NCBI GenBank assembly: GCA_043809585.1
Contig: JBDROZ010000042.1
Coordinates: 1 to 64,000 of the forward strand
DNA: 64,000 nucleotides
Direction: 5' to 3'
Origin: Candidatus Eiseniibacteriota bacterium
Lineage (GTDB): Bacteria > Orphanbacterota > Orphanbacteria > Orphanbacterales > Orphanbacteraceae
Shown: positions 60,985-64,000 of the stretch, one piece after another
Layout of the letters: each line of letters opens with the position of its first letter
Position numbering within the stretch: position 1 is the stretch's first letter
Position numbers and translations under genes: made by a program
The notes under the pieces: model-generated
Database searches by the model: none
What the model was told of the DNA's origin: nothing
The model's input: the letters and a program-made list of their open reading frames with translations, nothing else

Positions 60985-62145
60985 CTACGAATTCCCTCTT
61001 TCCGGGGCGGGGAGTTTCGGGGAGAGGGCGAGGCCCTTGCGCTCGGCGTGGCGCTCCAAGGCGTGCAGGATCAGGCGGTCGAGAAGCTCGGCGTAGGGGA
61101 CGCCGGTCGCCTCCCATAGCTTGGCGTACATGCTGATCGACGTGAATCCCGGGATCGTGTTCAGCTCGTTGATGTAGAGCCGCTCCGACTTCCGCTGAAG
61201 GAGAAAGTCGACCCGGGCCATGCCGGAGCAGTCGAGGGCGCGGAAGGCGCGCACCGCCGAGTCGCGCACCTCCGCCGCCTTTTCCGGCGGCAGGTCGGCC
61301 GGGATGATCAAGTCCGACTTCCCGTCCACGTACTTCGCGTCGTAGTCGTAGAACTCGCCCGACGGGACGATCTCGCCCGGCACCGACGCTTCCGGGGTTT
61401 CGTGACCGAGAACGCTCACTTCGATCTCCCGGGCGTCGATCGCCTCCTCGACGAGGATCTTCGTGTCGTACCGGGCCGCCTCGTCGATGGCGGCTTCGAG
61501 TTCGGCTTCATTCTTCGCCTTGCTGATGCCCACCGACGAGCCGAGGTTCGCCGGCTTGACGAAGCAGGGGAAGCCGGACTTCTTCGCCTGGGCGAGGGCG
61601 GTGGGGCGCTCCCTCTCCCACCGGTGGCGACGGAGCAGCACCCAGTCGGGAACGAGAAGTCCGGTGGACCGGAAGATGCGCTTGGCGAGGTCCTTGTCCA
61701 TGGCGACGGCCGAGGAAGCGACGCCGCTCCCCACGTAGGGAATGCCCGCGAGCTCCAGGAAACCCTGCACCGTGCCGTCCTCCCCCTTCGGCCCATGGAG
61801 CACGGGGAAGACCAAGTCGAGCCGCTCCGGACCGGTCCCCTTCCCGGCGGGAACGAGGGCGCTCCGGTCGCCGTCCGGAACGAGGGCGGCAGGCTCGTCT
61901 TCCCCCGCCCGGGCCTTGGCGGCGGCGGGCGAGTCGCGGAAGCGGAGCTCCGCCTTCGACGCGAGGATGGCGAGGGCGTTCGGATGGACGATCCACCGTC
62001 CCTCCCTGGTGATGCCGACGGGGACGACGTCGTACTTGCCCGACGCCCGGAGCGCCTCGATCACCGCCCGCGCGGAGGAGAGCGATACCTCGTGCTCCCC
62101 CGATTGCCCGCCGAACAGGACCCCGACCCGCAACTTCTTCGTCAC
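60985..62145 (-). CDS. ddl: D-alanine--D-alanine ligase
   Basis: GGQSGEHEVS, LHGPKGEDG, FVKPANLGSSVG, FYDYDAKY, ELNTIPGFT. Confidence 0.95.
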   Translation of the reverse strand: MTKKLRVGVLFGGQSGEHEVSLSSARAVIEALRASGKYDVVPVGITREGRWIVHPNALAILASKAELRFRDSPAAAKARAGEDEPAALVPDGDRSALVPAGKGTGPERLDLVFPVLHGPKGEDGTVQGFLELAGIPYVGSGVASSAVAMDKDLAKRIFRSTGLLVPDWVLLRRHRWERERPTALAQAKKSGFPCFVKPANLGSSVGISKAKNEAELEAAIDEAARYDTKILVEEAIDAREIEVSVLGHETPEASVPGEIVPSGEFYDYDAKYVDGKSDLIIPADLPPEKAAEVRDSAVRAFRALDCSGMARVDFLLQRKSERLYINELNTIPGFTSISMYAKLWEATGVPYAELLDRLILHALERHAERKGLALSPKLPAPERGNS

Positions 62146-62161
62146 CCTCGATCCTCCGCGG

Positions 62162-63271
62162 TCATTGCCAGTAAGGCGTGAAGTCCGCCCGGTAGACGTC
62201 CGTTTCCCCTCCGGTCGGGTCGGCCCGGTTGGAGCAGAAGAGGAGTGTCTTCCCGTCGTCGGAAAAGTGGGGAAACCCGTCGAATCCCCCCGTGTAGGTA
62301 ATCCGGGTCAGCTCCGTTCCGTCGATCTTCATCATGTACAGGTCGAAGTCGCGCGGGTCCGCCCCGTCCATGTTGGACGAGAAGACGATGCGATCCCCGT
62401 CCGGGTGAAAGTAGGGGGCGAAGTTGACCTTGTCGTTGTTCGTCAGCCGCCGGTGCTCCTTCCCCTCGGCGTCGCACACGTAGATCTGGAGGTCCCGGTA
62501 GTTCCCGGTCCGCGAACCCCGGTAGACGATCATCGACTCGTCGGGGGAGTAGAAGGCGCCGCCGTCGTACCCTTCGGAGCGGGTGATCCGCTTCACGTCG
62601 GTCCCGTCCATCTTCATCGAGTAGACCTCGAGATCGCCCTCCCGATTGGAGGTCCAGACGAGGCGCGTCCCGGAGGGGGAGACGGTCCCCTCGGCGTCGT
62701 AGCCGTGGGTGTCGGTGAGGCGCTTGATGACCTGGCCGGAGAAGTCGGCGAGGAAGATGTCGTACGCCTCGTCGAACGCCCATTCGTAGCCGCCCCGTCC
62801 CGCCGGTTTCGGGGGGACCTTTTCCCGGAGGTGGGTGGATGCGTAGATGAATGTCTCCGTGCCGGGCACGAAGTAGGAGCAGGTGCATCGCCCCCGCCCG
62901 GTGCTCACCATGCGCTTCTCCGAGCCGTCCCGGTTCATCATGTAGATCTGGTCGTAGGGATGCCTGTCCTCGACGGCCGTCTGCCAAAGGATCCTGGCCG
63001 CCTCGCCGTTCCAGTACGCCTCGCCGTTGTCCCCCTTGAAGGTGAGGCGCACGAGATTCGAGAGGGCCGTCTCCTTCGGGTCGATCAGCTGCGGCACGTT
63101 CTCGAACTCGTCCGCCTTCGACGCGGCCGGGGCCGCTTCGGTTCGGGCCTTCGGAGGCTCGGCCTCGCCGCCCCCCCCTCCGCCGCAGCCCGCCGCGCCG
63201 AGAATCAGGAATCCCGCGATGAGCACGGCGCCAAAGGCGACCGTTCGCCGACGTGTCGGTGTAACGTTCAT
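62162..63271 (-). CDS. TolB-like PD40 beta-propeller lipoprotein
   Basis: Lipobox AAGC; repeats GYDAE..VSPSG, GYDGGAFYSPD, FAPYFHPDG, FDGFPHFSDDG. Confidence 0.85.
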   Translation of the reverse strand: MNVTPTRRRTVAFGAVLIAGFLILGAAGCGGGGGGEAEPPKARTEAAPAASKADEFENVPQLIDPKETALSNLVRLTFKGDNGEAYWNGEAARILWQTAVEDRHPYDQIYMMNRDGSEKRMVSTGRGRCTCSYFVPGTETFIYASTHLREKVPPKPAGRGGYEWAFDEAYDIFLADFSGQVIKRLTDTHGYDAEGTVSPSGTRLVWTSNREGDLEVYSMKMDGTDVKRITRSEGYDGGAFYSPDESMIVYRGSRTGNYRDLQIYVCDAEGKEHRRLTNNDKVNFAPYFHPDGDRIVFSSNMDGADPRDFDLYMMKIDGTELTRITYTGGFDGFPHFSDDGKTLLFCSNRADPTGGETDVYRADFTPYWQ

Positions 63272-63297
63272 GGTTCGTCCGTCCTTGTCTAGACTTG

Positions 63298-63621
63298 CTA
63301 CTTCAGGTGAAGCCGGATGTCGTCTTCGAGGGCCGTGATCCGCAGCCGCGCATCTTGAAGCAGAGGCTCGAGATCTTCCGCGTCCGCCGCCTCCCGGAGG
63401 AATTGCTCGAGGGCCGCGACGTAGTCGTCCAGGAAGAGCTCGTACTGAGGCTCGCCGGGGAACTCGTGCTGCCCGTTCCGGGCGCGAGCGACGGCGGCCC
63501 GGATGCTCTCGAAGAGGATGCCCCGGTCCGCTACCGGGTCGACGCCCCGCGAATACAGGGAGTGAGCGTTGAAGAAGGCGGACCGTAGAAGCTCGAATAT
63601 CCAGTTGAAACGGTTCTTCAT
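63298..63621 (-). CDS. Hypothetical protein
   Basis: 107-aa ORF with host-like GC-rich third positions, co-oriented with neighbours. Confidence 0.55.
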   Translation of the reverse strand: MKNRFNWIFELLRSAFFNAHSLYSRGVDPVADRGILFESIRAAVARARNGQHEFPGEPQYELFLDDYVAALEQFLREAADAEDLEPLLQDARLRITALEDDIRLHLK

Positions 63622-63763
63622 GGTTCCCGTCCGTTCGTTTCCGGGGGGAGCATATCAGCCGTCCCGCGGCCGGGCAAGAGAGAACAGAGCCCGACCCTCT
63701 CCCCGCGCGTTTCGATGCCTCGTGACGAATTCTAGTGAGACGGGCGGGCTCTCGAAAATCATA

Positions 63764-64000
63764 TTATCGAAACGGGGTTTCGGCGATTTCCGCCGGGGCG
63801 TCGCCGCCGCCGGTCCTCGCCCGGAGGGGTTCCCCTTTCTCGATCGCCGACGTGCGGACCACGGCGAGGGCCACGATCCCGCCGAGGTGGGGGGAGCGGA
63901 CGGCCGACGTCACGCGGCCGACTTCCGCCTCGCCCATGAGGACCGCCGCGCCGGGGGCGGGCAGATGCTCTCCATCGATCTTCAGTCCGATCAATCGCTT
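63764..64000 (-). CDS. C-terminal part of a GcvT/YgfZ-family folate-binding protein (cut by window edge)
   Basis: EVGRVTSAVRSPHLGGIVALAVV...ETPF barrel motif. Confidence 0.7.
   Translation of the reverse strand, partial: KRLIGLKIDGEHLPAPGAAVLMGEAEVGRVTSAVRSPHLGGIVALAVVRTSAIEKGEPLRARTGGGDAPAEIAETPFR

Overview
GC-rich bacterial chromosomal window. Taxonomy is inference only: FlgD/T9SS-like C-terminal domains and [ST]WGxIKxx[YF]R tails suggest an Eisenbacteria/Latescibacterota/Krumholzibacteria-like lineage. Housekeeping content includes a fused E1 alpha/beta 2-oxoacid dehydrogenase, a Btu/Fec-type ABC importer, ilvE with a MocR regulator, a PAS-kinase/HDOD signalling block, ndh, glgP, an Mla/Pqi-type ABC system, cydAB, trmB, eda, ddl and an aldehyde dehydrogenase. 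The best candidate for an undescribed system is two tandem phage/eCIS tail-tube (gp19/Afp1-5-like) genes at 7340-8564. Both carry apparently obligatory Sec signal peptides and have no sheath, baseplate or spike genes nearby, which suggests a domesticated, exported tube or filament. Other notable items: (1) an integron whose frameshifted integrase is co-oriented with its cassette array, with several recombination sites showing GAT instead of GTT cores and an ORF-less mini-cassette; (2) a stand-alone FkbH + MaoC-SDR + ACP + acyltransferase cluster predicted to make lactyl/glyceryl-ACP for surface glycans; (3) a shared C-terminal sorting motif on two unrelated secreted proteins; (4) a TetR operator/promoter duplicated before two adjacent genes; (5) several families of small repeats, including MITE-like elements with shared ends, one nested in a REP-like hairpin and one between cydA and cydB. 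All family calls come from motif recognition by eye, not database searches.
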